Assembly (NCBI GenBank): GCA_964234715.1
Contig: OZ174279.1
Direction: 5' to 3' (one strand)
Length of the DNA stretch: 64,000 nt
DNA from: Podarcis melisellensis
Taxonomy: Eukaryota
Shown here: positions 1 through 54,207 of the stretch, one piece after another
Position numbering within the stretch: the stretch's first letter is position 1
How the letters are laid out: every line of letters begins with the position of its first letter
The notes under the pieces: generated by a model
Seen by the model: the letters and a program-made list of their open reading frames with translations, nothing else
What the model was told of the DNA's origin: nothing
Database searches by the model: none
Position numbers and translations under genes: made by a program

Positions 1-107
1 TGCCCACAAACAGCAGAAAATTTCAAAGTAGAAGATGTAGAACAGCATATAAATCAATTGAAAGAGCCCATCTTTAAAAACCAAGACGCACTTGGATAAA
101 AGCAAAA

Positions 108-41225
<41,118 letters not shown>

Positions 41226-42446
41226 GTCGCCGGCTTCGCGGCTCCCTCGGCTCCTGGCAGCAGTGACGGGGTGGGGTGGCGGGCAGGAAGGCAAGCGGCT
41301 GGCTCCCGCGGGCTGCTGAGAAGCTGCGAGGGGAAGGGAGTAGGTATAAAAGCGGCCGAGGAGACACGTAGCACTTCCCCGGACCGCCTTTCCAGCCCAC
41401 GGCTCACACCCCGCGCCCTCCTCTGGCTCCTCCCCTCGCTACTTGCTCTGCTCCCGGCTGCCACAGGCAGGAAGAGTGCGGGGTTTTTTCCCCTTCCCTG
41501 TGAGGGGAAAGGGCTCCGCGAGAGTATATTCACAGGAAAACTTTTCTCCTCTCGTGCCTGCGTCCTCCCCCCCCCCCGCGCCAGTTAGGACCCGCGCTTT
41601 TTTATTGTTTAAATCGCCTCAGACGGCGCTCGCTTAACAAAAACGTGTGTTCTTGCTCGGATAGGGGACACCGTCTCACCCACGCGTTTCCCTGGCTATA
41701 GGTTTGCAGGCTGGTGCTGGACGGAGGCGAGGTCCAACCCTCGCCAAGAATCTCACCTTTGTGCAACGAACAAAAGCAACAACAACCCCGGGCTTTCCCT
41801 CGCCTTAAACGCTGGTTTAGGGAAGCCTGAGAGCAAAAAAAGCAAAGTACTGTATGTCAAAGGACACTCTGGGTGATTCTGGGCTGGGAAAGTGGCTGCC
41901 TATTTTGTTTTTCTATATAAACCCTGCTTCCCAGCCCAAAGCAGCTTGCAGTGACACAGCCACGCAGGCAAGTAAAGGCGCGATATATTAGGGATACTTG
42001 GAGGTGTTTATAGCACTTCCTTCTGGTCCTCGGCAGTTGTTATCATAGCCTATCACAGCCAGCCACATCCTCAGCACACCTTTAAAGCACTCTGATGACA
42101 CTTACAACAGTCATGGAGAATCAGCGGTTTGTCAAAGGCTGCTGACCTTAGAGAACTACAGTTCCCAGCACCCACGGAAACTACATTTCCCAGGATTCTC
42201 TGTGGCTGCTAAAGTGGCGTAAGAGTGCTTCATATGTGTTCTAGAAAGAAGAAGCAGTAAGGTGGAGACATGGGCCGATGGATCATAGTAAGAATAACGA
42301 CCCAACAGTGTGTTTCAACCCTACAGGCAGGGCGTGAGGTGGCAGTGCTACCAGCACATTTAAAAGACACACACACAGCTTTCAGACACAAAAGCAACAC
42401 CGTGGCAGCTTCAGGCAGTAGTGCCATGAAAAGTCCTCTCCTCCAT

Positions 42447-42786
42447 AAAGGTAAAGGTGACCCCTGACCAGGTCCAGTCGTGACTGACTCTGGGGTTGCG
42501 GCGCTCATCTCGCTTTATTGGCCGAGGGAGCCGGCTTACAGCTTCCGGGTCATGTGGCCAGCATGACTAAGTTGCTTCTGGCAATTTAGAGCAGTGCACG
42601 GAAACGGCGTTTACCTTCCCGCCGGAGCGATAGCTATTTATCTACTTTCACTTTGACATGCTTTCGAACTGCTAGGTTGGCAGGAGCAGGGACTGAGCAA
42701 CGGGAGCTCACCCCTTCACGGGGATTCGAACTGCTGCCCTTCTGATTGGCAAGTCCTAGGCTCTGTGGTTTAACCCACAGCGCCAC
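42447..42786 (-). mobile_element. Sauria SINE
   Basis: Reverse complement of the 1834 and 37896 copies. Confidence 0.92.
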
Positions 42787-42904
42787 TTACCCTTCTGTCC
42801 TTCCTCGCCTCCGCTTCAAGCCAACTGCATCCCTGTATTTTCTTTCACTCCAGCTGCAAAGAAGCAGCAGTGCTAGGAGAAGCTCACACACTTGAGACAA
42901 TTTC

Positions 42905-43014
42905 CACAGGGGCTGCTCTTGTTAGCCTGCTGCTACATAAACAACAGGAAGCTTAAAGACGGGCAAATTTTATTATGGCATAAGATTTTGTGGACTGGAG
43001 CCCATATCATCTGA
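42905..43014 (-). mobile_element. Degenerate Penelope-like terminal fragment with hammerhead remnant
   Basis: Similar layout to the 59139 fragment. Minus strand reads cagatga-tatgggc-tcca-gtccac-aaaa-tctta. Confidence 0.55.
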
Positions 43015-43410
43015 CAAGGCCACTATATATAATACAGTATAGAAAGGGCAGGGATTCGTTGTTGTTTTTCAGGAATCCCTAGTATCAAGAGTAGAAAGCC
43101 AACAGTGCAAGATGCACAGCCTGCCTTGGCCCTAAATTGTTAAGTGTTGCCTTGGGGAGACTGGGAATGTGACACTAGCTGTGTGTGCCATGGAGGTGTG
43201 AGATGTGTGAGAACTTCAAAAGTTATAATAATACAGTAATTTATTATTTATACCCTGCCCGTCTGGCAGGGTTTCCCCATGTTGGCCCCAAAGAGCTGCT
43301 GCAGATACATTTAGGTGGTCATTCTTCATTTACTGCAGTGAGGAAGGCAATTTAATTGGAAAATAAATTTATGACACCTGTTCTTTCTTCTTGTCATGTG
43401 TGTAAATAGT

Positions 43411-43613
43411 CAGGGCTAGCCCAAGACATTTTGGCACCTGAAGCAAACCACAAAAGGGTGCTCCTTTCCCCATCAGGGAAGAATGGGAGAGTAAAGGTCT
43501 ACATTGGGAACAGAGGGCGGAGAGATAAAGCTCTACATCAGGATCTGCTGCCCCTGTGGATCCTGCCACCTGAGGCACTCATCTCACCTGGCCTCCTTGC
43601 TGGGCCAGCCCTG
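43411..43613. mobile_element. hAT-type MITE
   Basis: TIR CAGGGCTAGCCCA/TGGGCCAGCCCTG, 8-bp TSD taaatagt/taaatagc. Confidence 0.85.
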
Positions 43614-46600
43614 TAAATAGCATTATAGTGGGAAGGTAAACCCAGCATACATCTTGTGGTTCATTGCACTAAAATAAACCCTTTGTACAGAACAAGCAAT
43701 TGCTCTATCACACATTTTAAGTGATATAGAAGGAGAACATGCTATACTCTATAAGCAGTTGATTACATAGATAAGAAAATGTAAAACCAAGCCATAAAAC
43801 GTGAATAGCTAATCCACAGAAAGGTACTTATGGTGTGATAAAATTTCCATTATGTCACACACACGAGTTTGAACCAACAACATGCTTAGAGTCTCTGTAC
43901 TCATTTGGAATGTAATCCATTGAGATGTGTTTGTTTGTTTGTTTGTTTGTTTGTTTGTGGCTCCAAGAGTTAAAACCGGGCTGGAAGATCCAGCAAAAGC
44001 TTTGTCACAAAGGAAATTGAAGTAAAGTGTTAGAATACTATATAACTGATGTAACTCCAGGTAGGTACAGATAAGCAGAGATCCTTTTTTCAAAAGCAGC
44101 ACTCTTCTCACTCCCTTCCTCAAAGAACTGCAAAATGTACACAATATTTCCTGGATAACATTTTAAACTGTTGGTCACTTTTGCTAACAAATATCTAAAT
44201 AGAGTGAATATGTTGGCCTGAGATATTTCTTCTTGAACAAATAAAAACTGCCCCCCTGGCAACACAACACAGCTCCCTTCTTGTAATAATGAGGATTAGT
44301 TCAGATTAGTATACATTTACTACATTTATTATTCTATGCTTCTGTTGTTTCAGAGGATTTACTTACACACTGTGAATTCTCTCAGGGTTACTTTTTGTCC
44401 TACAGCTGGTGAAAAATAATATCTCATGAGCACATATTCTCATACTTGTGACAATGAGCTTCCCTAAGACAAGAAACATTATTCAAGCTTATTCAGGTAT
44501 TAGTAAAATTAAGATGGCTGGCTGGGAAACTGGGGAAAGTGGGTGTGTGTGTTACTTCCCTGCACACATATCCCAGGTCTTTCCAGCAGTTCATAAGTTG
44601 TTAAAAAAAAAAAGTGTCCACTGATAAGAGCAAGGGAAGGGGCTTGGCCTTTTTTTTTGTTTGTTTGTTTCCATACACTGGCCCATTGACCAATGTAGTT
44701 GCTGACTGTTATTCCTAAATATGGTTTGTTCTCTTCGAACAATAAATTGTAAAACCTGAAAAATGCATACTGAACACTCATAGGTAATGGAGCAAAACTG
44801 ATTTACAAACAACGGTCCAGTTTGCATGTGAAGCCGAGCTAAACTATGGTTAAGCAAGAGCACAAGGGTGTGAAAGTACAGGCTGTGACCATTTTGCGGG
44901 CATTCAATTGACTTGTGGGTCATTTTGGACCCAGAAGAGGGCAAAACGGTTGAAAGGGCAGCTAATAAATACCAGTTATCACCAGGGAACATAATCCAAC
45001 AAAAACAAACTCACACCTCAAATAAGTCAAAGGTCTGCATGAAGAGGAAAACTCAAATTGATGTTTGTTCCGACTGAGCACTTAAGAGCAGTTTTCCCCA
45101 AGATTGAGAGGAAGCAGTGGGTCAAGAGGAAGTGTGGATAAACCCACAGTGAGTGCACAGTAAATGGGAGTGTGAACACAGTCTCCACAAAATGAAACCA
45201 GAGATCCATCTCACTGTCTGGAGAGGGAGGTTCCAGGTTTTTATTGGAAGTGATTCAACTTCCCCAAGGATGGAAGTGAGTGCTACCCATGGAAATCAGT
45301 GGAGAACACCAACATCTTAGTAGTGGCTGGGCAGCAGCATGCCTACTGCCATGCAAAAGTATCAGCAGAGATAGGATTTACTACTCTATTGTCATATTCC
45401 ATGAGAAAAAAACATTTTGAAATAATCCTGCCAATGAAACGCCAGTGTAAATATAATATATTATTCCCATATTGCTGTTTTGGAGGTTGAGAGAGAGCAA
45501 GAGAGAGGTTCACAACAGCCATGCAATGGAGCCAATATCAATACTGCAGGTTACAGGTCAAATGCTTGTGAAGTTTGTCCTTGCATAATAGGTTTTAGGA
45601 AAAAATAACAGGAGCTTTTTTAAAACCAAACAAATGTGTATTAAGTTAAGCATGTAAAATACTCTCCTGTTTTGATGAGGTGTTGAAATACCCTTGTGTC
45701 TGCCCAAAGGAAACAGAGTACTGCACTCATCTTTAAAGATGTTTGTTTTCCCCCCCTAATCTGAGGCTGAACATCCATAGTAACTCATGGGATTTTAACT
45801 TTTGCTGGGCTGGTTGCTCACTCATGCTAGATTTGTTGCTTGCCCAGCCAGTAGGGACTGCAGCTAGAAAAGCGGGGATATTGCTTAAGAGGTTGCAAGG
45901 CTCCAGAATCCTGTGGATGGAAGGAATCAAGGAAACCAGTCGAAGTGCCTGAGGCTGCTTTTCATGGGAGATTACGGTAACTGGAGGGGAGCGACAGGCC
46001 TAACACACACACACACACACACATCCCATTTGTTGCAGTGCTTCCCAGGTTGAACAGGTTGGCAGGAAATGTAGTACAGGTTGCTCCTGAAATAAGCTGG
46101 CAGGGGCAGGATGAATTTTACAGCCTGAGGACCACATATCAGAGGCGGGTAGGGCCTGAAGCAAAAGTGGATGGAGCAATTAAAGTACAGTTTACCTACA
46201 CACAGTCCAGAAGATGGGAAACTGCAAGCCTCAGCTCTGCCTCCTGAACTTGCAAAAGGAGCACAGACGATTGGGCAGGCTGTTGAGAAGGATGAAGAAC
46301 TCTCAAGCCACATGTGTTGGATCCAACCTTAAGGTGGGGTGTGCTAGCCCTGCTGGACAAAGTGGGGCAGCAAAGGGAGGGGATTGCATGGACAGGTGGA
46401 GTCCCCCCAGCCCCAGGCGACTCTCGAGTGGAATAACAACTCAAGACAACGTGCTACAGGATTAAAATTGGCCACAACTTTGTTAAAGTTTCAGATGTAC
46501 GGAGACCTTGGCTTAGGCATTGGGCGTTTATCCCTCCCAGTCCCTGGCCGGGGATCTGGGGAACATCAGGGTTATCCAGAATGTGTGGGGATTGGGCTGG

Positions 46601-48785
46601 CTCTGGAGAACATATGTTCAAGCAGGGAGCCCGCCCCCCGTTTCGCCGCCATTGCAGGGAAGAGCAATGACATCCAATTGGCGTATGGCCAATGCCTCCC
46701 CTCAAAACAACCCCTTTAACAGGGAACCCTGGGATCACCGCTGCAGGGGGAGCGTGGGCCACTGCTTCACCCGCCCCATTAAGGGAAGATAGAGTAAAGG
46801 ATTCTGCCCAATGCCTGAAACCGCCAAAGTTGTGACATTTTGCTATAAGGAAGGCAAAACCTGCCAATGCAGGAAAATTCCTTTCCGGCCCTTCAACAGC
46901 GACCATAATGTAGCACCGCCCTCGTACCTGTGGAGAAGAGATTAACCTGCAAAGGAAGGCTTAACTGAGGGAGGGCAGGGTGGGAGAAGCTCTGGAGCCA
47001 ACTGACAATTCCCAGGTAAGATCTATTGTGTGAGTATGGCGGTCCCTCCTCCTACCTGGCCAGGTCCCCTGGCAACGCCTCCCCAGGTGGGATTGGGTAA
47101 CTGCTTGAGGTAGGTGGAGACCTCCAGATTTCCAACCTGGGAAGGGCGAAGCCAGGCTATATGGCTGGGAGCCACATAGGATCTGGGGGACTGCATGCGA
47201 CCACGCAAAAGGTGACCCCCATTTGATGTGGGGAGCGGTCATTCCTGTCTTAGGATCTGTAGAGCTGGTAATGATGTTTGGAGAGCGCTGCAGGGTCAGG
47301 GAGAGTTGTAGCATTTGGCAATGTGCCACAATTGTTAATTAGAATTTACATTTTTTAAAAAATTGCAGTCGTGTCCACAAGCTGCTTAACACCAACCAAT
47401 CTAAGCGAGTGTTAGTTAGGCAGCTCAAATGTTTGCTTAATGGTACCCATGTTCTCCAACACACTGAATCGATTTCAGTAGCTTACTCTGAGGCTATGGG
47501 AAGAACTGGGGCAAAAGTTGCTATGAGGCCCCAGGCCTGTGCAAAGGCTTGCACAAATATCTTGCATGACCTGGAAGATGTCAGGTGGTAACGACCTCAA
47601 CAAACACAGGTTTATGATATACCGCACATTTGTAGGGAGAGATTTCTCACGCAATGCTTTCATCACTGTTAATTGCACTCCTCTTGTATGTAGACAGGAT
47701 TATGTTGTTGTGGCACAAAGGGGAGCCTGAAAAATGTAACCTTTAGTGTGAGTTTTGTTACCTCGCTCACATCAACTGCCATTTATCACCAATATTTTAA
47801 AATGATACTAGTTTGCCCCTTACAAAGCTACAGTTCCAGCACCTTTGAAGAACTACAGTTCCCAATATTCTTTTTTTTTTTAATGTGCTGAAATGTACAC
47901 AGATACATCCTCCTAAAAGCTTAAGAATTATGTTTTGGGCATTTATGGAAACATACATACGTTGTGATGTCAGAAATTTGTTGACATTTATTGCTCTTTT
48001 TTAATATTTCAAAAATCCCAAAGGGAAATGTTCATATTTGTTGGCAAGTCTGCTGTAGTAGGGAATGATCTGCTGATCCCAAACACTCTCACAGCTAAAC
48101 TAACCAGGGTAACACCCAGCATCACAACATTGTATTTTGCCAATATTCAGATTTGTTTATTCACCCACATCTAGCCCATTAATATCCCTCCCGAAGCAAA
48201 GATCCACAGTGGAGAAAATGACTCCAGGTCGACTGAAAATGAAAAATAGACCTTCAGCCTTCAGATGATCTCATCCAGCCCCTTCTTACAATGTTAAATG
48301 GGACCATTTACCCGTCCTGGAGAAGTACTTCATAGTGGCTGGCCTTTGCCTTTGTTTACTTCTTACAGGGAAAGCGCAAGACTTGTTCAAGGGAAACACT
48401 TCAATGGAGTATAGGTAAGAACAGTTCCCAAGTTCTTGTGTGTCCTGGAGCTCCTTTGAGCTTCAGCTGTGCTGTTTCAGCACATTCAGCCACCCCAACA
48501 GCAATAAGGACTGGCCAGGTAGACCTTAAGCGGGTCCTACATGAATTCTGGAATGTAGTTCAGTAAACATTTAGAATGATGACACAACATAATCAATGGA
48601 GTAGTCTTGCCAGAAACCTCTTCTCTTGTAATACCAGCCAAATATATTAACAGAGATAACCATCAGCTGTGGCTTAACTCCACTGCTTTGGTACCACACC
48701 CCTTCATCCAATCTTTGGCTCTGAAACAGGAGTAGCCAACACCCTCCAGATGTTATTGGACTACAATAATCAATGTTTTATATTT

Positions 48786-48873
48786 GCTGTTAGCCGCCCT
48801 GAGCCCAATTTTTAATCTGGGAAGGGCGGGGTATAAATAAAGTACTACTACTACTACTACTACTACTATTATT
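48786..48873 (+). mobile_element. L2-type 3' end with (TAC)n tail
   Basis: gttagccgccctgagccc...agggcggggtataaataaa matches the 3' end of the 24-kb LINE. Confidence 0.75.
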
Positions 48874-51778
48874 CCACATCAGCTGTGGGAAAGGGCAGTA
48901 GATCAATGGCAGAAGATCAATCAGGTTTAATCAGCAGCAACTGAAGGCAGGGCGGCTGGGAATGCCACTTTCTGAAATCCCAGAAAGCTGCTGCCAGTCA
49001 GTGTCGGCTCAGTATAATGTCACTTCCTATGTTGCTCTGCAGCACTACACTGGCTACCCCTGCCCTAAAACTTTAGATTCTAAACTAGCCTTCCTTAACC
49101 TGGTGCCCTTTTAGATGTTTCACATTACAATTCTCATCGATGCCAGCCAGAATGGCCAATGAGTGATATTTGTCATTCACTAAAATACCTGGAGGGCACC
49201 AAGTTGGAGAATGAAGGATGAATGGGGATGGAGAGAAGCCCCAGAGACATAGTGTGAAAAGGGATACACAATTCTGTCCCCCACCCCAAAAGAGAGTCAA
49301 AGTGGATTATGCAGGTCTGAAAGACCAGGCCTACATACATCAAATGTAATCGCTGTCTTGGGCCAATGGTTTTGTGAAACTATCATCATATTCTGGGTGT
49401 AACATTTTGTACGGCACTCAAAATCTGTCTTTGTGCTTTTGAGGAATCTTATCTGGAAATGACCCAGTGATTAATTTAAAAGTACACCCACACCATTTCA
49501 AGATATGGCGTCCTAGCATATGTTTTTCTAGCTTTGCTTGAAAAATGTATGAGGCTTTCTGTTGCTCAAATTATAATAAAATGTTGTGGTTGCACAGTGC
49601 TGGTAAATTACATTTCATTGCCATCTTTAACCTCTCTCTTTCTCTGTGCTCTAGATGAATCATGTTAAGCAGAAGTGGAACAAAAAGAAATATTATTCAC
49701 ACAGCGCATGCTGAAGAAAAAATATCTAGAATTTATCTGGTTAGCCTTCAATATAAACATACTAACTAGGGAGAAAGCCCTTTTCAACACAATATGACTT
49801 GCTGCCGTGTGAACATTGCATAGGATTGCAAAGTCAATACAACTTTTGGCTTTAATTTTGCATCAATGTTAATGTTTTCCCCTTGTTAACAAAGCTAAGA
49901 AAACAGCAAGCTTTCACACAGCTAAGATGTTTGGCAAGAAGTTCTCTGAATAGAGAGGGGCGGAGAAGCAGTACAAAAGTTCTATGAATGTGTGTCTGTT
50001 ATGCAACAAGCCCTGTGCAATTCCTCTTTTGGATCGTGGCAGTTATTTTGACTCTGCTAATCTTGGCAAGTATTGGGTGTGTTCATAAAGTATGCTTGAG
50101 ATCTTCGGGGTGGGGGGGATCTTCACCTAGAAGCACTCAAAACCAGCAAGGTAATTTGAAGGGATTCAGTTAAACAGAATGGAGGGAGCTCAGTTTCAGA
50201 TAATTCCCATTATCCCCTTTTCGTAGTTGCCTTTAAGCTAGTTATCTAACATCACACAAAGTTCACAGCCTGATCAAGGTACATTTTCTGCAGGTAGTTA
50301 TTTGCTCACAGTTTTGTTTTTTTGTCAGGACTCTGAACGGAGTTGTGTAAATGGCTTATTCAGCTATTTGCCACTCACATCTAAACTCAGGCTATGTACA
50401 CACCAGCAGCTCAAAAAGCAGCGAGGTCATTCCTGCCACTATCCCCCCCCCCCCCGCCACCCCAGCATTTCAAGTCACTTTTTATGTTGCTTTTCACACT
50501 AGAGAGGAGGCGTGGATGTCTTCACCTGGTGCCCATTACCTGATTCGTTCCCCAGTGCCAAATTCCAATTCATCAAAGCTGTCATCTGCATGCGCTCTCA
50601 CCTGTTGCATGTGCAACAGCTTCCTGAAATGCACACACCACTTCAGTTTAACCATGACTTCCGTTTGCTAATTGGATGGAAGATGGTAAGAGCGAAAGAG
50701 CAACAGATGGGGCCATTTCTCAAGAAACTACACAACACCTTTGCATTGCGGCTAATGTCTTCTTCAAAACAGCAGAGGTGGGAGCGCTCTGGAGCCAGAG
50801 TAAGCGGTAACATATACACAGCCTCAGAATAAATCCTTTTGCCAAAGGATTAAGAAGGCAGGGGCATTACTGTGTAGAGGTCCCAAGCAGCTGAAAAATG
50901 ATCTAGTTGAGAACATTTTGCTTCCTTCTTGCCTCCACATTGACCTCAAGCAACAAAGAGGAATGCATTTGAAGCTTTTGCTAACACAAAGATGTGTTGG
51001 ATTTCAAACAAATGCGAAACTAATCTTGCCTCTGGCAAGTGTTCAGAAATGGGAATTACTAGTTTCCCAACAGCTGTGTTAGTCTTCAAATTAATTATTA
51101 CTAAGCAGACCGATCCTGTGCACATTTACTCAGCAGTAGACCCTGAGGTGTTCCACTTCCTCCCACATAAAAGTACGCACAATTAATTAAGGAGTATCCC
51201 ACCTCATGCAGTTTTATTGGTTGCAGATTGATCACACAACACCAGTAACAAACAAACAAGGACCCCCCAAAAAAACCTAAAATGCAACAGCAACGTTAAT
51301 TTTATGCACTGATGAGTTGAAGCAATGTGTCTTGCTACTGTAATGTGAGTGTTTTCTTTATAGGCTTACTGGGAAAGGTGTGTTTTCATGAGGAATCTAA
51401 AAGAAAAGAGGGGGGAGAGGTAACTTCAATGTGTGGGGTATTCCTGGACAGGGCAAGGCAAAATTGGCTGAAAGGGAGAATGAACTGAATAACATAAGGG
51501 AGGAGTCCAAGAGACAAAGTGAAGGCCATGGGCAGTTTATCGCAGAAAATTATAACACAGTGCTTTTTTTGGGGGGGGGGTACTCAAGGGTATGCAGTAC
51601 CAGCACCTTTAAAAATAAAAAAATCATCGGATGACAGTAAGACTGGAGGAGGAGACTGTAATGCAAGAAGGAACTAATGTGATTTAGAAATGGTTTTTGT
51701 GTGGAACAAGTTCTGGGTGACACCATCAGGGAAAGGAAGCTAAGAAGACCTGAATCATTTCAGTTTTGCATATAGTTT

Positions 51779-52103
51779 GGTAAAAGGTAAAGGTAAAGGG
51801 ACCCCTGACCATTAGGCCCAGTCGTGACAGACTCTGGGGTTGCAGTGTTCATCTTGCTTTATTGGCTGAGGGAGCCAGCGTACAGCTTCCAGGTTATGTG
51901 GCCAGCATGACTAAGCTGCTTCTGGTGAACCAGAGCAGCGCATGGAAACGCCGTTTACCTTCCCGCCAAAGCAGTACCTATTTATCTACTTGCACTTTGA
52001 CGTGCTTTCAAACTGCTAGATGGGCAGGAGCTGGGACCGAACAACGGGAGCTCACCCCATCACAGGGATTCGAACCACCAACCTTCTGACTGGCAAGTCC
52101 TAG
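51779..52103 (-). mobile_element. Sauria SINE, 5'-truncated
   Basis: (AAAGGT)n tail on the plus strand and body homology. Confidence 0.92.
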
Positions 52104-53374
52104 TTCTAATCCAGTATCTGAGGCTCAGCTAAGATGAAATTGTTTTAGAACATAGAGCCAAAATGCTTTGTGAAGGGACATTTTTAAACAGGAGCCTCCT
52201 GAACTCATTGTTAGTAGGTGCATGAGGATAAGCGGAACGTAGAGCTCTACAGTGCCATAGTGGTACAAGCTGTGGAGTGGAGCCACTCTCTTGACACCAG
52301 AGCCACCTCTGCTACTTTCTTGCATGGGAGTAGAACTGGGCTATGTGAATACTGGATTGGCTCCACTGGGCATTCACATAGCCCTTCTCTGACTACTGAC
52401 CCATCTCTATCCTGGTCAGGTCAGCCACAACAATGCCAGCGTTGGGAGGCTGGTTCTTCCATGCTATATTACCTGGGAAACTACAGCTAAGTGTGTACAC
52501 ACTTGATTCCAGTGGGGCTGTTCAGAACAAACAGCCTTTGCAGAGCGTTAGATTTTTGTGTGTGTGTGAGAGAGAGAGAGAGTAAACAGGCCAAAAGTTG
52601 ACAAAGGGAGTTTTCAGTGCGGTGGGGGATCACCGCCTTAAAGGAACAAGCTGGAGGTGTAAACCTTTGTCCCACTACAAGCCAGAAACTCACATAGGGA
52701 ACATTATCATTCGAAAATATGCCTTTTATGCATTAGTCTAAAGTGAACAGTTAAGAGAAGACAAATCTTCCATTCATGTAGAAGTCACTCTAATTATGCA
52801 ATTATACACTGCATAGGCAACATACGTCACACTAGTAACTGGTAGAAGTGCTGGATCAGGCACAATGCCTGTCACACTGGAACAACACCATGGTAACAGC
52901 TACCATTGGTAGATGACAATGCCTTTAAAAAAACAACTTGTCTGCATGCACCCATGTCCTACAACCTTGGGTCCCCAGATGTTGTTGAAGTATGACCACC
53001 CTCAGCCACCATGACCAATGGTCTGAGATGACAGGAGTCCAAAAGCACCCTAAGGTTGGGGAAGGCTGCCCAAGAACTTGTTAGGTTTCAACCCTTTCCA
53101 CCGGATTTTCTCTCAGGGTTGGAGAACCTCAGGCACAGGAGCTGAAAGGTCCTTCGGGTCCTTCTACCTAGCCCTCAGAATTGTCTCCTGAACGCAACCA
53201 TCAGTGCTTTTGTCTGACTAAAATGTGTCCTTGAGCTCTAATAATGCCTCTGAGGGAAGTGTGAATTTGTGTAGCAATTAGCGCACTGCAGGGAGGTAAG
53301 ATTAGCATATCTCGCTCCACCTGCTTTTGCTCCTGGCCCTGCCCAACACTGACCTGCGACCTTCAGAAGGTTTT

Positions 53375-53488
53375 ATAGAATTGTAGAGTTGGAAGGGTCA
53401 TCAGGCTCAACCCCCTACAATTTAGGAATCTTTGGCCCAGCATGGGGCTCGTACCCTTGACCGTGACTCTCATGCTCTACCAGCTGAG
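53375..53488 (-). mobile_element. Short SINE with tRNA head and CR1-like tail
   Basis: Minus-strand head ctcagctggtagagcatgagag, tail homologous to the CR1 end at 40411. Confidence 0.65.
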
Positions 53489-54207
53489 AATGCAGCCCTT
53501 GGGCTGAAAATGCCCCTCAGCTCTGCTCTAGAAGTTACAGTTTGGAGGATGTGTGTGTGTGTGTGTCAATCTGACTTCAGTGTGCATGCAAATAAATGCA
53601 TACGTGAGTGTCATGCCCTTCTACCTCATCCCCTCAATAAATGTCTGTATACACAGAATAAATGTTTATGGGTGTGCGTGACCTGCATCTGTTATATGGG
53701 AAGAACAGCTGAAACGATTGTGATATTGTGCTTTCCTGTTTCTTTTTAATAAAGCAAACAGCTATAGTCAGATTACTGTCAAGCAGGTGAAAGAGAACCT
53801 CCAACTATATGGAAGGGAATGGTCTAGCATTGGAGTGGCGAGAAGAGAAGCAATACACACACACACACACACACACAAACACATGTATGTGTCTCTATTC
53901 TCATCTGTGACATATAACAAGGATAAGAAGCTGCCCGCTGCAAGCTATACTTCCTGTGATGCATTTTGAGTGATTTTAGCATCATTCAACAAGAGTCAGG
54001 AATTGGAGAGAAGGACTGCTGAAAGAATTACTCAATATTTACAGGGAAACATAAGTTGCCAAGTCATCACGAGTTACTGGCACGCACATTTGAGCCCAAT
54101 CATTAGGAGAGCTATGTCCTTACGTGACTACAAAAAATGAAATCATCATACTATTAGTTCTGCATGAACTACTTTCCAAGCACCTGTGATGTTGAAATTC
54201 ACAGCCA

